Shown here piece by piece: positions 37,270-47,673 of a stretch of DNA of 64,000 bases (positions are counted from its first letter, which is position 1; each line of letters begins with the position of its first letter). This DNA is from Treponemataceae bacterium (GTDB taxonomy: Bacteria; Spirochaetota; Spirochaetia; Treponematales; Rectinemataceae), in contig CAXXHO010000005.1 of NCBI GenBank assembly GCA_963667725.2, positions 64,001 through 128,000 on the forward strand, in the 5' to 3' direction. The notes below the pieces were generated by a model. It did no database searches and was not told where the DNA came from. It saw only the letters and a program-made list of their open reading frames with translations. The translations under genes were made by a program, and so were the position numbers.

Positions 37270-39455
37270 AGCAACTCTTCTTAAGGGGATCCGGACAAGT
37301 CGAGGTGATCGACGCCCCCGTCCCTGCTCTGCTGACGAACGCCGCGCTGGTTCGCAACCGGATTTCGGTGATCAGCAGTGGCACCGAGCGGGCAGCAGTC
37401 ACCCGGCACGGCGGTGTCCTCGGCTTATATGAGAAGGCCACCAAATCAATGGATCGCGTTCGCGATATTGCGAACCTGGTTCAGAGTGCAGGGGCCGCCC
37501 AAGCCCTCGAGATCGTTCGGAACAAGCTGCACGACTACACTCCTCTGGGATATAGCTGCGCAGGGGAAGTGGCGGAAGTGAATGGGGACTGTCATGGAAT
37601 CCGGCCGGGCGACCGCGTGGCCTGCATGGGGACGGGATATGCGAGCCATGCCGAGTACGTAGTGGTTCCACGGAATCTGCTGGCGCCATTGCCGGCCGGC
37701 GTTTCAATTGAGGAAGCGGCCTTCGGTGCGCTGGCCTGCATCGCACTACAGGGCATCAGGCGGCTTGAATTAACACCGGGCGAGCGTGTGGGCGTAATCG
37801 GGCTGGGTCTCATCGGCCAGATCACATTGCGTCTGCTGGACGCGATGGGCTACGAGCCGTACGGGACCGACATCAACTCCGAACGCATTGCTCTGGCGGC
37901 GGTGCCAGGAGCGTCTCTATGGGTCTCCGGGAGCGGCCAAAATCCGCCGGCGGCGGTTCAGTCGGCCCTCGACGGAGTCATCGTCTGCGCGAACTCTCCG
38001 GAAAATGACGTCGTGAACGCAGCCATGGATATGTGCAGGCAGCGTGGCCGGGTGGTCATTGTGGGTGACGTCGGACTGGGAGTGCGGCGGAGCAAAATGT
38101 ACCGCAATGAGCTGGAACTCCGGCTTTCGTGTTCCTATGGACCCGGGCGATACGACACCTCCTACGAAGAAGGCGGCCGAGACTATCCGATCGGTTTTGT
38201 CCGCTGGACCGAAAAACGAAGCCTCGCGTACATCCTGCGTCTTTTATCGAGCGGACGCCTCGAGTTGGGGTCTCTCGTCTCGGCCCGTTTCCCCGTGGCG
38301 AAGGCTTGTGACGCATACCGGTTGGTGCTCGACGGTGGGCCGAGCACTTTCGGAGTGCTGCTGACCTACGAAGAGACGGGTCTGGCCAAACCGACACCGA
38401 TCGCAGAGATGCAAACGCTGCGCAGGCCCGTTCCCGCCAGGGTCCCTGGCGATCGCCGGATCCGCCTGGGCGTGATCGGTCCGGGCGGATATTTCAAGGG
38501 CGGCCATCTCCCACACCTGCGCTCGCTCGCTGACCGGTTCGAAATCCGGGGTGTTGCGAGCCGGTCCGGAGCCTCGGCCGGAGCGGTGGCGCGTAGCGTC
38601 GGCGCCGGTATCGTGACCAGCGATTATCGTGCGCTTCTCGCCGAACCGGGCCTGGATGCGGTGATGATCACGACTCGCCACCACAGCCATGCACAGATCA
38701 TCCTGGATGCACTTTCCGCGGGGAAACACGTCTTTGTTGAGAAGCCCATGACGACCACCGTCGAAGACGCGCAACGCGTATGCCGTCTGGCTCGCGAGAC
38801 TGGGCTGGTAGTGAGAGTTGGGTTCAACCGGCGCTTCGCTCCATACTCACAGGCCCTGCGCGCCGCGATCGGCATGACCGGCCCGCGCATGGCCAGTATC
38901 CGCGTGAATATCGGCAAGATGCCGCGGGACTGGAGCAACACCGCCGGGGAAGGGGGACGCTTTCTCGGGGAGGCGGTTCACTTCCTGGACTTCCTGAACT
39001 GGCTTTTCAGTGAGGAACCGGAATCTGTTTCCTCCTATGTAGCCGGGGCGGCGGAAGTCACCAATTCGAACACGGTGGTGCAGGTTCATTATGCGGGGCA
39101 GTCTGTAGCGCAACTGCTGTATACGAGTTTGGGTCACCCGAAGATGGGCAAAGAAGCCTACGAAGTATTCGGGAACCAGCATTCGGCGCGAATGGCTGAT
39201 TTCCGAAGGTACGAGAGTTTCGGCGGCCGGAAATCGGGACTTCTTGCGAACTGGAAACTCGGGGGCAAGGGCCAACGAGAAGTGCTCGAGGAGTTTGCCG
39301 CCGCCATTCAGGGGCAATCGTATCCGGTCGCCGGTGCGGATGCCCGCGCCGGCCTGGTCGCCACATGGATGGCCTTGGCTGCCCGTGATAGCGCCGCAAC
39401 GGGAATCCCCCAGAGACTCTCTCAGCCGGAGGCAGCGGTATGTGCGGAATCGTAG
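37266..39455 (+). CDS. Bi-domain oxidoreductase (MDR alcohol dehydrogenase + Gfo/Idh/MocA)
   Basis: ISSGTE, PLGYS.AG, SYGPGRYD, HVFVEKP, VGFNRRF. Confidence 0.92.
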   Translation: MKQLFLRGSGQVEVIDAPVPALLTNAALVRNRISVISSGTERAAVTRHGGVLGLYEKATKSMDRVRDIANLVQSAGAAQALEIVRNKLHDYTPLGYSCAGEVAEVNGDCHGIRPGDRVACMGTGYASHAEYVVVPRNLLAPLPAGVSIEEAAFGALACIALQGIRRLELTPGERVGVIGLGLIGQITLRLLDAMGYEPYGTDINSERIALAAVPGASLWVSGSGQNPPAAVQSALDGVIVCANSPENDVVNAAMDMCRQRGRVVIVGDVGLGVRRSKMYRNELELRLSCSYGPGRYDTSYEEGGRDYPIGFVRWTEKRSLAYILRLLSSGRLELGSLVSARFPVAKACDAYRLVLDGGPSTFGVLLTYEETGLAKPTPIAEMQTLRRPVPARVPGDRRIRLGVIGPGGYFKGGHLPHLRSLADRFEIRGVASRSGASAGAVARSVGAGIVTSDYRALLAEPGLDAVMITTRHHSHAQIILDALSAGKHVFVEKPMTTTVEDAQRVCRLARETGLVVRVGFNRRFAPYSQALRAAIGMTGPRMASIRVNIGKMPRDWSNTAGEGGRFLGEAVHFLDFLNWLFSEEPESVSSYVAGAAEVTNSNTVVQVHYAGQSVAQLLYTSLGHPKMGKEAYEVFGNQHSARMADFRRYESFGGRKSGLLANWKLGGKGQREVLEEFAAAIQGQSYPVAGADARAGLVATWMALAARDSAATGIPQRLSQPEAAVCAES

Positions 39456-41398
39456 GTGTCGTACACGCTCCGCGGGCGGGAGGCGTAGATGCCAGCGTCG
39501 TCAAGAGGATGACGGACCGGATGCAGCACCGCGGCCCGGACGGCTCAGGGCTATGGGTCTCAAGCGATGGCCTGATTGCGCTTGGACACCGCAGGCTGGC
39601 GATTCTCGACCTGACCGAAGCTGGTCATCAGCCCATGGAAAGCGCCTACGGCTCGACAGTTGTAACCTTCAACGGCGAGATCTACAACTTCACCGAGATC
39701 CGCAGGCAGCTCGAACAGCGCGGTTATAGGTTCCGATCCCGATGCGATACCGAGGTTCTGCTGTACCTGTATGAAGAGTATGGGACGGGCATGGTGGAGA
39801 TGCTCGACGGCGATTTCGCCTTCGCGATCTATGACCGCCGATCACGAAGAGCGCTGCTGGCTCGCGATCGCGCCGGCGTTCATCCGATCTATTACACTTT
39901 CACCGGCTCGCGCTTCCTTTTTGCCTCCGAGATCAAGGCGCTGCTGGCCGATCCCGGCGTGAGTGCGGAGTTGAATCCGGAAGGGCTGTATCACTACCTC
40001 ACATTCCTGGTGGCCCCACCGGGATCCACTCTTCTTCGCGGCGTTTGCAAGCTGCCGGCGGGGACGATGTTGGAGCTGCGGTGCGAACTCGAAACCCTCG
40101 AATTCCGCGTGAGCAAGTACTGGGAACCGCTGCCCGCGCAGTTGCCCTGTCCCGAGAAAGACCTGGATGAATATCTGGAACATCTGATCGATGCATCCGT
40201 TCGCAAGCGGCTGCAAAGCGATGTGCCCGTGGGGGTGTTGTTCTCCGGCGGCGTGGATTCATCGCTGAATGCGTTGTACTTCCGCAAGCACGCCGAACCG
40301 AGGCAAGTTCGGACATATTGCGTCGGTATGCACGGCTCGACACTCTGCCGGAGCGAGCATGAGGAGGCTGCGCGCGCCGCCAGAGCCATGGGTACCGAGC
40401 ACTACGAGATTATGCTGTCGGAGGACCAGTTGCTTGATGCGGCGCCCGGCCTCGCCAGCCAACTCGATGAGCCAGTGGCCGATCCGGTAAGTGTTCCTCT
40501 GTATTTTGTGACGCGGCTGGCCCGCCAGACCGGCACCACGGTCCTGCACGCCGGCGAAGGGGCCGACGAGCTGTTCTGTGGCTACGACAACTATCGCCGG
40601 TTCCTGCATCAGGAGCAGAGCATGTGGCGATACGCCTGTCATGCCCCACGGCCGCTCCAGGCGCTGGCCTATCACCTGTTCCGTAAGGGCCGGTCGCCAC
40701 GTGCAGCCAAGGTGGCCGACGTTCTGCGCCGGCTCTGTCTCGGGCAGGAGTTTTTCCTGTCTTCATCGGTGGCCTACTATGAGGCGGAAAAGAGCGAGAT
40801 CTTGTCGCATGAATTCAAGAGGCTTACCGCGGGTCTGGACTCGTTCGACGCCGTCGCTCCGCTCTACGCGCGCATTCGGGAAGCACGGCCCGATGCCACG
40901 TTTCTTCAGCAGTTGACCTTTATCGAGCTGCAGTTGCGGTTACCTGAACTGCTGCTGATGAGGATCGACAAAATGGCCATGGCGAACAGCGTGGAGGTGC
41001 GCGTGCCGTTTCTGGACCGGGACCTCATGGATTTTGCGCTGGCTGTGCCATCCGGCTTCAAGCTCCGCGACGGTGTTTCCAAAGAGCCGCTCAAACGCCT
41101 GCTGGGGAACCGCGTGGGCCGGGAGACGGCCTACCGCCCCAAGACTGGTTTCGGTGTCCCGATACAGGAGTGGTTCCGCGGCCGGCTAGGTAGAGAGTTG
41201 GAACGGTTATTGACCGAAGGGCGGCAGGTATACGGGGAGTTCTTTTCGCTGAGCCGGCTGGCGGAAAAACTTCACGGCGGGGTTCCAACCGTGAACAGCG
41301 CGTTCCAGCTCTGGGTAGTGTACAGCTTCGTGCTCTGGTGGAATTCCGTGCGATCAGAAGCGCGCTCCCACGCCGATGTCTCCACGGTAGTTGCATAA
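39440..41398 (+). CDS. asnB: Asparagine synthase (glutamine-hydrolysing)-family amidotransferase
   Basis: MCGI, HRGPD, GHRRLAILD, NGEIYN, SGGVDSS, GEGADE, EVRVPFLD. Confidence 0.95.
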   Translation: MCGIVGVVHAPRAGGVDASVVKRMTDRMQHRGPDGSGLWVSSDGLIALGHRRLAILDLTEAGHQPMESAYGSTVVTFNGEIYNFTEIRRQLEQRGYRFRSRCDTEVLLYLYEEYGTGMVEMLDGDFAFAIYDRRSRRALLARDRAGVHPIYYTFTGSRFLFASEIKALLADPGVSAELNPEGLYHYLTFLVAPPGSTLLRGVCKLPAGTMLELRCELETLEFRVSKYWEPLPAQLPCPEKDLDEYLEHLIDASVRKRLQSDVPVGVLFSGGVDSSLNALYFRKHAEPRQVRTYCVGMHGSTLCRSEHEEAARAARAMGTEHYEIMLSEDQLLDAAPGLASQLDEPVADPVSVPLYFVTRLARQTGTTVLHAGEGADELFCGYDNYRRFLHQEQSMWRYACHAPRPLQALAYHLFRKGRSPRAAKVADVLRRLCLGQEFFLSSSVAYYEAEKSEILSHEFKRLTAGLDSFDAVAPLYARIREARPDATFLQQLTFIELQLRLPELLLMRIDKMAMANSVEVRVPFLDRDLMDFALAVPSGFKLRDGVSKEPLKRLLGNRVGRETAYRPKTGFGVPIQEWFRGRLGRELERLLTEGRQVYGEFFSLSRLAEKLHGGVPTVNSAFQLWVVYSFVLWWNSVRSEARSHADVSTVVA

Positions 41399-44300
41399 TG
41401 ACCCAGCGTCCCGACTTTTGCCTCACCGTCGATTACGAGGTCTTGGAATACCCTGCCGAGTCCGGGAGAAATCGGAAGCCGAGTTTTGCCCGCGAGATGA
41501 TCGAACCTACCGCGTTACTCCTGGAGCTGGCAGAACAACGTGGCTGTCCGGTGACGATTTTTGTTGAAGTAGCGGAACTGGCGTTTTGGGAAGCGCATGG
41601 ACATCGGGAGATTGCCGCTGTGCGGGAGCAGGTCAGAGGAGCGTATGCCCGCGGGCACGATGTGCAGCTCCATTTGCATCCCAGGTGGCTGATGTCCCGA
41701 GGTGCACACTACGACGGGCATGCGGACTGTGTCCGGTTTGCTGACAGAAAGCTTGTCGCCGAACTGCAAGCAGCCGATGTGGAACGTGAACTGGCGTGGG
41801 CTACCGATTTCCTGCGGGGGATGACCCCCGAGGCAGGCGGGACCTACGCGCCGACCGTATTTCGGGCCGGGAAACTGCAGATACAACCGCATCGAGCTGT
41901 GTTTGACGCTTTGCACAGGCTTGGCTACGAAGGTGACAGCAGCGCTTGCAAATGCATGTACGCGTCCGGCTATGAAGGTGGAGCGGGGTACGACTTCCGT
42001 CACATGTGGACGGAGCACCAGCCGTACTATCCATGCCGGGAAGACATCAACATCCCCGCCGACCCGGGCGAGCCGCTAGGGCTGATCGAAGTGCCGATCT
42101 TCTCCGCCCGCGGGCAACAGTTGAGCCTGGACATTCTGTGCGCGGCGGATTTGCGGGATATGCTCCAGGGCTTCGACGGATCGGTTGCGCTGGCGATCAG
42201 TCACTCGAAAATCATTCGGCCCAATCTGGCCAACGTCGCGGCATTTCTCGATTGGGCATCCTCAAGGTTCCGGTTTACCCGGCTTCGGGATTCGGTCGCC
42301 AGGGCGCGCCGGGAACTCACTGCGGACGCAATCGCCGAACAACGGACCAAGGCGATTGTGGGCTACCGCTCCTCGCTGCCGGATATTCCCAGCATTGTCT
42401 CGACGCTCAACCGGCGCCGCTCGCTGCGCTTGGCCCGCATCACGTCGGTGGTGCGCGATTTGCTCGCCGTTCGGGGGCGGGTGCGCATCCTGGACTGGAA
42501 TTGCGGCACGGGAGAGGCGTTCGCACTTCCACTGGCGGCTGAGTTTGATGGAGAAGAACGGGTGGCCATCACGGGGTACGACCCCGATGAGGCCAGCATC
42601 CTGCGGGCCAGGTTGCGCGGGTTGCCTGGCGCCTGTTTCACCTCATCGAAGAATGATTTCGGCGATCGGCTGTTTGACCTGGTCGTCTGTACCGATCTGA
42701 GGCTTACGGGAGGCGACGACGGGGCAAGCATACTGACGCAGGTAGCTGCTTTCGTGGCCGCCGGCGGTTTGCTTTGCATCTCGGTTGACGACCGCCCTCG
42801 CATTTCGGTCGTGGCGGAGCTGCTCGTTCGATACACCAGGGCTAAAGTCCTTGCGTTTCCACGTGCTGTACACACTCTGATTGCTGTCAAGGTGCGCCTG
42901 CGTCGGGCCCTGGGCCGGCGGAGCAGCCGGCTCGCTCCAGCGCAATCGCCAGTTCACCGGCCCTTGGCACGAGTGCTGAACGCCGGCGCCAGGGTGACGC
43001 CCGGATGCGGAGAAGTGATTCACGCGGCGCTGGCCGCGGGGTTCAGAGAGGTGAGGGGCGATGAGCCGAATTGGGCAGGTCACCTGAAGCGGATGGTGAA
43101 GCAGGGTCGAAAACCCGGTGACGTTATGTTCTTCTCAACCCAAGATGCACCCGTCCCGCCTGCTCCGCACTCGCCGCCGGATACGGGCATGTGGGACGCG
43201 GTGCGGTCGCACGCAAAGCAGGCGGCTCTTCTGATTGGGGGCCAAGGCATCAACCTCGCCTCACTGGTTGCTCTCCAGCGGCTGCTGCATAACACGATGG
43301 GGGTAGAAGTCCTCGGACAGTTCACTTTTCTCGTCGGTATTCACACCGTGATCTCGCTTGGTGCGGAGTCCGGGTGGGGACCCTCGGTCTCACGCGAGGT
43401 AGCGCTTGCAAAAGATTCTGCCGGAGAATCGCGCCTGGCCCGCGCTCTTCTCCACTTCCTCTGGAAGCCGGTGGCAGTTCAGGGTCTATTGGGTTGTCTG
43501 GCAGCTGTGTTCCTCTGGTATTTCCGGGCACCCAGCCTCCTTGGTCCGGGCCTCGTATTGGCAGCGCTCTCTGCAGGATTTCCTGCCTGCATCAGCATCC
43601 GCGACCTGCTCCAGGGAAAAGGAGACAATCTCGGGCTCGCCGTCGTGTATGGCGGACCCACCGCGCTAGCGTTCCTGTTCCTGCTCGCGTTAACGATCAC
43701 GGGGCAAGGCAATCTCACGATGACTGTCGCGGCGTATGCGCTGGCGCAGGCTCTGGCCGCGGTGCTCGGGCTGTTTCGTGTAGGGGCTTTCTCGGCTCTG
43801 AATCGAACGGCAGTTGAGAACCTGGCGCAGGCGCGTTCGGAATATGGCCGGAACATCTGGCTGGGACGCCAGGTGGCCGTTGGCGGATACATCATTGACA
43901 CGCCTCTGCTGGGGATCTGGGGAGCGCCGTCCGCCGTGGCCCATTATGCAATCGCAAAATCCATTTGCAATCCAATGGGAGTGGGATTTGGCCTTGTCGC
44001 ACAACCTCTATTTCGCAGCATGGCCAAAAGGTCCGCCTTGCCAAGATCCTGGCAATACCTTACATGGGCCGGTGCGGCCGGTGCGACTGTCAGTCTGATC
44101 GCGGTGGGGCCGCTGATCGTCAATCTCGTATATCGCGTTTCCTCGCCCAGGATGGATGCGATGCTGGTCGTCCAATCGGGTACGGCCGGGTGTATTGCGG
44201 TTTACTCACTCTATAACCAGTTTTTGAGCGCCCAGGGATGCGGCCAGATTCTCCGGAAGGGCGGGTTCACCATGGGTATCGTCTCGGCCGCGGCCAATAT

Positions 44301-44475
44301 TCTGCTGATCCCGTGCTTCGGCGCACTGGGTGCCTGCCTAGCGTCCCTGGCTTCGTGCCTGTTCTGGCTGGTCTACTGCTGCGGTTCGTACTTGCGGCGC
44401 GCAGAAGGGGGAACGGCAACAACTCAAGCCCAGGTCCCGGATCACGAGGCCGCCCCCGAAACAGCTGTTCTTTAG
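41398..44475 (+). CDS. Fusion of polysaccharide deacetylase-like, SAM methyltransferase-like and Wzx flippase domains
   Basis: LTVDYE, GHDVQLHLHP, FRAG; then ILDWNCGTGE..FDLVVC; then multi-TM region ending LLIP.FGALGA.LA; uninterrupted frame. Confidence 0.8.
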   Translation: MTQRPDFCLTVDYEVLEYPAESGRNRKPSFAREMIEPTALLLELAEQRGCPVTIFVEVAELAFWEAHGHREIAAVREQVRGAYARGHDVQLHLHPRWLMSRGAHYDGHADCVRFADRKLVAELQAADVERELAWATDFLRGMTPEAGGTYAPTVFRAGKLQIQPHRAVFDALHRLGYEGDSSACKCMYASGYEGGAGYDFRHMWTEHQPYYPCREDINIPADPGEPLGLIEVPIFSARGQQLSLDILCAADLRDMLQGFDGSVALAISHSKIIRPNLANVAAFLDWASSRFRFTRLRDSVARARRELTADAIAEQRTKAIVGYRSSLPDIPSIVSTLNRRRSLRLARITSVVRDLLAVRGRVRILDWNCGTGEAFALPLAAEFDGEERVAITGYDPDEASILRARLRGLPGACFTSSKNDFGDRLFDLVVCTDLRLTGGDDGASILTQVAAFVAAGGLLCISVDDRPRISVVAELLVRYTRAKVLAFPRAVHTLIAVKVRLRRALGRRSSRLAPAQSPVHRPLARVLNAGARVTPGCGEVIHAALAAGFREVRGDEPNWAGHLKRMVKQGRKPGDVMFFSTQDAPVPPAPHSPPDTGMWDAVRSHAKQAALLIGGQGINLASLVALQRLLHNTMGVEVLGQFTFLVGIHTVISLGAESGWGPSVSREVALAKDSAGESRLARALLHFLWKPVAVQGLLGCLAAVFLWYFRAPSLLGPGLVLAALSAGFPACISIRDLLQGKGDNLGLAVVYGGPTALAFLFLLALTITGQGNLTMTVAAYALAQALAAVLGLFRVGAFSALNRTAVENLAQARSEYGRNIWLGRQVAVGGYIIDTPLLGIWGAPSAVAHYAIAKSICNPMGVGFGLVAQPLFRSMAKRSALPRSWQYLTWAGAAGATVSLIAVGPLIVNLVYRVSSPRMDAMLVVQSGTAGCIAVYSLYNQFLSAQGCGQILRKGGFTMGIVSAAANILLIPCFGALGACLASLASCLFWLVYCCGSYLRRAEGGTATTQAQVPDHEAAPETAVL

Positions 44476-44513
44476 AAGCCGTCGCGGCAACGCTAACTCT
44501 CCCGTTCGAAAGT

Positions 44514-45257
44514 ATGCTGAATTCCAGAAACAGCGGCGACGTCCAGCGCCATCTCGCCCAAGTCACCAAGGAGTGGGACCGATCCGCAGCATCCCCCAGC
44601 CGGGTGGCGGCAGTGCATCTGACCGATGATGGCAAGCCTCTCGACGAATCCGTCTATGACCGCATTCTTGAGTGCATTGACCGGGTAGTACGGCTGAAAG
44701 CGTCCGATCGGGTTCTTGAGGTTGGTGCGGGCTCCGGTCTGCTCCTCGAACGCATTGCCGATCGAGTAGAGGAAGCGGTGGGAACGGACATTTCGAAGCG
44801 CATCCTCGATTTGGTACCGCCCCGAGAGAATCTGCGTGTGACCCAGATGGCGTCCGACCGTCTGGACTTTCCTGACGCCACGTTCGATGCCGTGGTGAGC
44901 TATAGCGTCAGCTTATACTTCCCTAATCTCGAGTACGCTCGCAGGTGCTGCGCTGAGATGCTCCGGGTCTGCAAGCCAGGCGGCTGCGTTTATATCGGGG
45001 ATATCCTGAACGGCTATCTGGAATCGGCGTTCAGGGCCCAGGAAGCGCGGACCTTGAGCACCGGAATCAAGCTAAAGCGGATTGGCAACAGGCTGCTTCA
45101 TCGCGGCACGCCCAGGTATCTGTTTATCGAACCCTCTCAACTAGAATCCTGGGCCGGGGAGTTGGGTGCCGCTGCTTTCTCTGCGTACGTCCAAACCACG
45201 GAGGCCAAACCTCTTTTTCACAGACAGTTCAGATATGATGCAGCCTTCTGGAAATAG
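44514..45257 (+). CDS. Class I SAM-dependent methyltransferase
   Basis: VLEVGAGSG, FPDATFD, RVCKPGG..IGD. Confidence 0.9.
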   Translation: MLNSRNSGDVQRHLAQVTKEWDRSAASPSRVAAVHLTDDGKPLDESVYDRILECIDRVVRLKASDRVLEVGAGSGLLLERIADRVEEAVGTDISKRILDLVPPRENLRVTQMASDRLDFPDATFDAVVSYSVSLYFPNLEYARRCCAEMLRVCKPGGCVYIGDILNGYLESAFRAQEARTLSTGIKLKRIGNRLLHRGTPRYLFIEPSQLESWAGELGAAAFSAYVQTTEAKPLFHRQFRYDAAFWK

Positions 45258-46509
45258 CGACCGGCGGCGAACGACGTATATCGCGATTCTTGTCGCATCG
45301 CTATTGACTGCGCTCCCGCTGGAGTTGGGATCGTTTGCAGGGGCCGCGGTCGCCTGTCCGGATTTGGTTGCGCCATTGGCTCTTCCTGCCCTGCTGCGTG
45401 CGCCTAGGAAATACACGGCCGGATTCGTTCTTCTGGTGGTTTTGGCTCTGTTTTCGGCAGGGACGGTGGCGACGATTTCCGAAACGGACACGATTCGCCC
45501 GTGGTTGTCCATTGGCTACTTTTTCAAGCCCATGCTGCTCTTCTTCGCGGGTTACCGGCTCCTGGCGACCAGAGCCAGACTGGTCTTCTCGCTCAAGGTG
45601 GCAGCGGCAGTGTCGTCAGCCGTGGCTACGTGCCTTGTGATTGAACAGGTGGTTACGGGAGTTCCATTTCTTCTGCCCGGAGAAGCTGCGGTCCTCGGTC
45701 TTACGTTCCTCGGGATACCGCTGTTCGGCGCTACAGGGGTGAATGCTTTGGCGGTTACGTTCGTAGTGTTGGGCCTGCTCGCCGGCACGCTGGTCTCCGA
45801 GACACGTTCGCCCCTGTTGCGGGTCCTGTACATCAGTGGAGGCTGCGCGGTGGCGGTTCTGGTCGCGGCAACGGCTTCCCGACAGGCAATGATTGGGCTC
45901 GCGATCGGCGTGGGCCTGATCCTGATGCTCAGTGGGGCGCGGCGTGGTCTGGTGTTGGCGGTTTGTCTCGTGGCGGTCGGGTGTTTTGTCGTTCAGGACA
46001 CCTCTCTCGCATTCTCTGAGCTGTTGCGCGTCAAACTCCAGGACAACATGGACCGGATCCATGAACGCGAATTCGGCGCGCTGACCACCGGACGGCTGGA
46101 ATTAGCGGGGCTGATGGTCGAGGATCTCGTTCGCAATCCGATCACCGGAAACGGCTTTCACGGATTTCAGCTCTTTCGTAGCGTATGGGGTTCGGAAGAC
46201 GTTACCGGTGTAAGCCCGCATCAGCAATATCTCGGCGCCTTTTGGAAGATGGGGATCGTGGGCGGAGCTGTGTATCTGGCATTTCTGTCTCGGATGGTGC
46301 TCCCTCTCTGGCGGTTGCGATTGCGCGAGCGGCGCGACCCGATCTGGGCAGCGCTCGTGTCCGTGACCGCATTGACGCTCGTGTGGTTCTGCATGGTCCA
46401 GGACGCATTGACCTTCCCGCTCACAGGATCGTTTCTGATGTGGTGTTGGGGAGGAGCCGCGCATATCTACGCGAGCCAGCCGCAACCAGTGGTCACGACG
46501 CAGAAGTGA
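45235..46509 (+). CDS. O-antigen ligase / Wzy polymerase-family membrane protein
   Basis: ~10 TM segments, TASRQA, TGR, NPITGNG, PH..YL..GIVG. Confidence 0.85.
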   Translation: MMQPSGNSDRRRTTYIAILVASLLTALPLELGSFAGAAVACPDLVAPLALPALLRAPRKYTAGFVLLVVLALFSAGTVATISETDTIRPWLSIGYFFKPMLLFFAGYRLLATRARLVFSLKVAAAVSSAVATCLVIEQVVTGVPFLLPGEAAVLGLTFLGIPLFGATGVNALAVTFVVLGLLAGTLVSETRSPLLRVLYISGGCAVAVLVAATASRQAMIGLAIGVGLILMLSGARRGLVLAVCLVAVGCFVVQDTSLAFSELLRVKLQDNMDRIHEREFGALTTGRLELAGLMVEDLVRNPITGNGFHGFQLFRSVWGSEDVTGVSPHQQYLGAFWKMGIVGGAVYLAFLSRMVLPLWRLRLRERRDPIWAALVSVTALTLVWFCMVQDALTFPLTGSFLMWCWGGAAHIYASQPQPVVTTQK

Positions 46510-46515
46510 GGAATC

Positions 46516-47673
46516 GTGCAGAACCGTCCTTTTCGAATCTGCTTTCTTTCGGCGAAGCATCCGCCTTTCGATAAGCGCGTGTTCGACAAAGAGGCCGTCA
46601 CCTTGGCGGGAGCGAAGTTCGATGTGGTTCATCTGGCGCCGGCGGAGTTTGGCTGTGAGCGCCGGAGTGGAGTCGAGATCCGCACCTATGCGCCGCCGGC
46701 CGGCTTGTTCGGGCGGATGCTCCAGTTGCGTGCGCTATATCGGAAGGCGTCCGCGATCGATGCCGATTGTTACCACTGCAACGAGATGGACTCCTGGTTG
46801 GTTGGGGTGCTGTTGAAGCTTCTGCGCGGCAAGCGGCTTGTGTTCGATGTTCATGAGCACTATCCAAGCACCTTTGCGGAGTCTCGCTTTCCCGTCTGGC
46901 TGCGGCCGATCATGATGCTGCTCGTCAAAGTATGGATTCGCGTGCAGGTGTGCTTTACGGACTCCGTTGTGCTCGCAAAGGGCAGCGTCGGTGAAGATTA
47001 CCAGTCGGCCCGCAGCAAAGTGCTCGTCCAGAATTTCACTCCGGTGCAGCAGATGCGAACGAATGGTGCCGCCGCAACCCGGAGCGGGCGAATGTGGGCC
47101 GTTCACTTGGGGTTGATTAGCAAGGTTCGCGGATGGCCGCAGATGCTCGATGCCCTGGAGCGTTCCGAGACCGATATCGGGCTCTGGATTATCGGAACCT
47201 TCAACGATGGTTCAGGCCGGGAATTTGAGGAACGTGTGCGGGAGATGGGTATAGGACACCGGATCCGGGTGGAAGGGTGGCTCCCCTTCGACCGGGTCAT
47301 GGAGCGACTGCTCGTCGCCGACATGGGGCTTGTGCTCTTTCAACCCGGTATCCGCAACCATGTCATGGCCTCACCGCACAAGATCTTCGACTATATGCAG
47401 GCGGGCCTGCCGGTGATCGCGCCTGATTTCGCGACCGAAGTCGCGGCCGTCGTGCAGGACTCAGGTTGCGGTGTTCTGGTCAATCCCGCGGATCCGGGGG
47501 AAATCGCCCGTGCCCTCGACCGGATCGCGGGGAACCCGGCCGAACGTGAGCGCATGGGCCGGGCGGGCCGTCTGGCAGTCGAGGAGAAGTATAACTGGGA
47601 GGCCGAGGGCATCAAGCTTGTTCGGCTGTACCAGGAGATGAGCGGAAGACTTTCGCATGCTAACAGTCGATGA
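46516..47673 (+). CDS. GT4 glycosyltransferase
   Basis: D.RVF.KE, FDVHEHYP, PHKIFDYM.AGLPVI, YNWE.E. Confidence 0.92.
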   Translation: MQNRPFRICFLSAKHPPFDKRVFDKEAVTLAGAKFDVVHLAPAEFGCERRSGVEIRTYAPPAGLFGRMLQLRALYRKASAIDADCYHCNEMDSWLVGVLLKLLRGKRLVFDVHEHYPSTFAESRFPVWLRPIMMLLVKVWIRVQVCFTDSVVLAKGSVGEDYQSARSKVLVQNFTPVQQMRTNGAAATRSGRMWAVHLGLISKVRGWPQMLDALERSETDIGLWIIGTFNDGSGREFEERVREMGIGHRIRVEGWLPFDRVMERLLVADMGLVLFQPGIRNHVMASPHKIFDYMQAGLPVIAPDFATEVAAVVQDSGCGVLVNPADPGEIARALDRIAGNPAERERMGRAGRLAVEEKYNWEAEGIKLVRLYQEMSGRLSHANSR

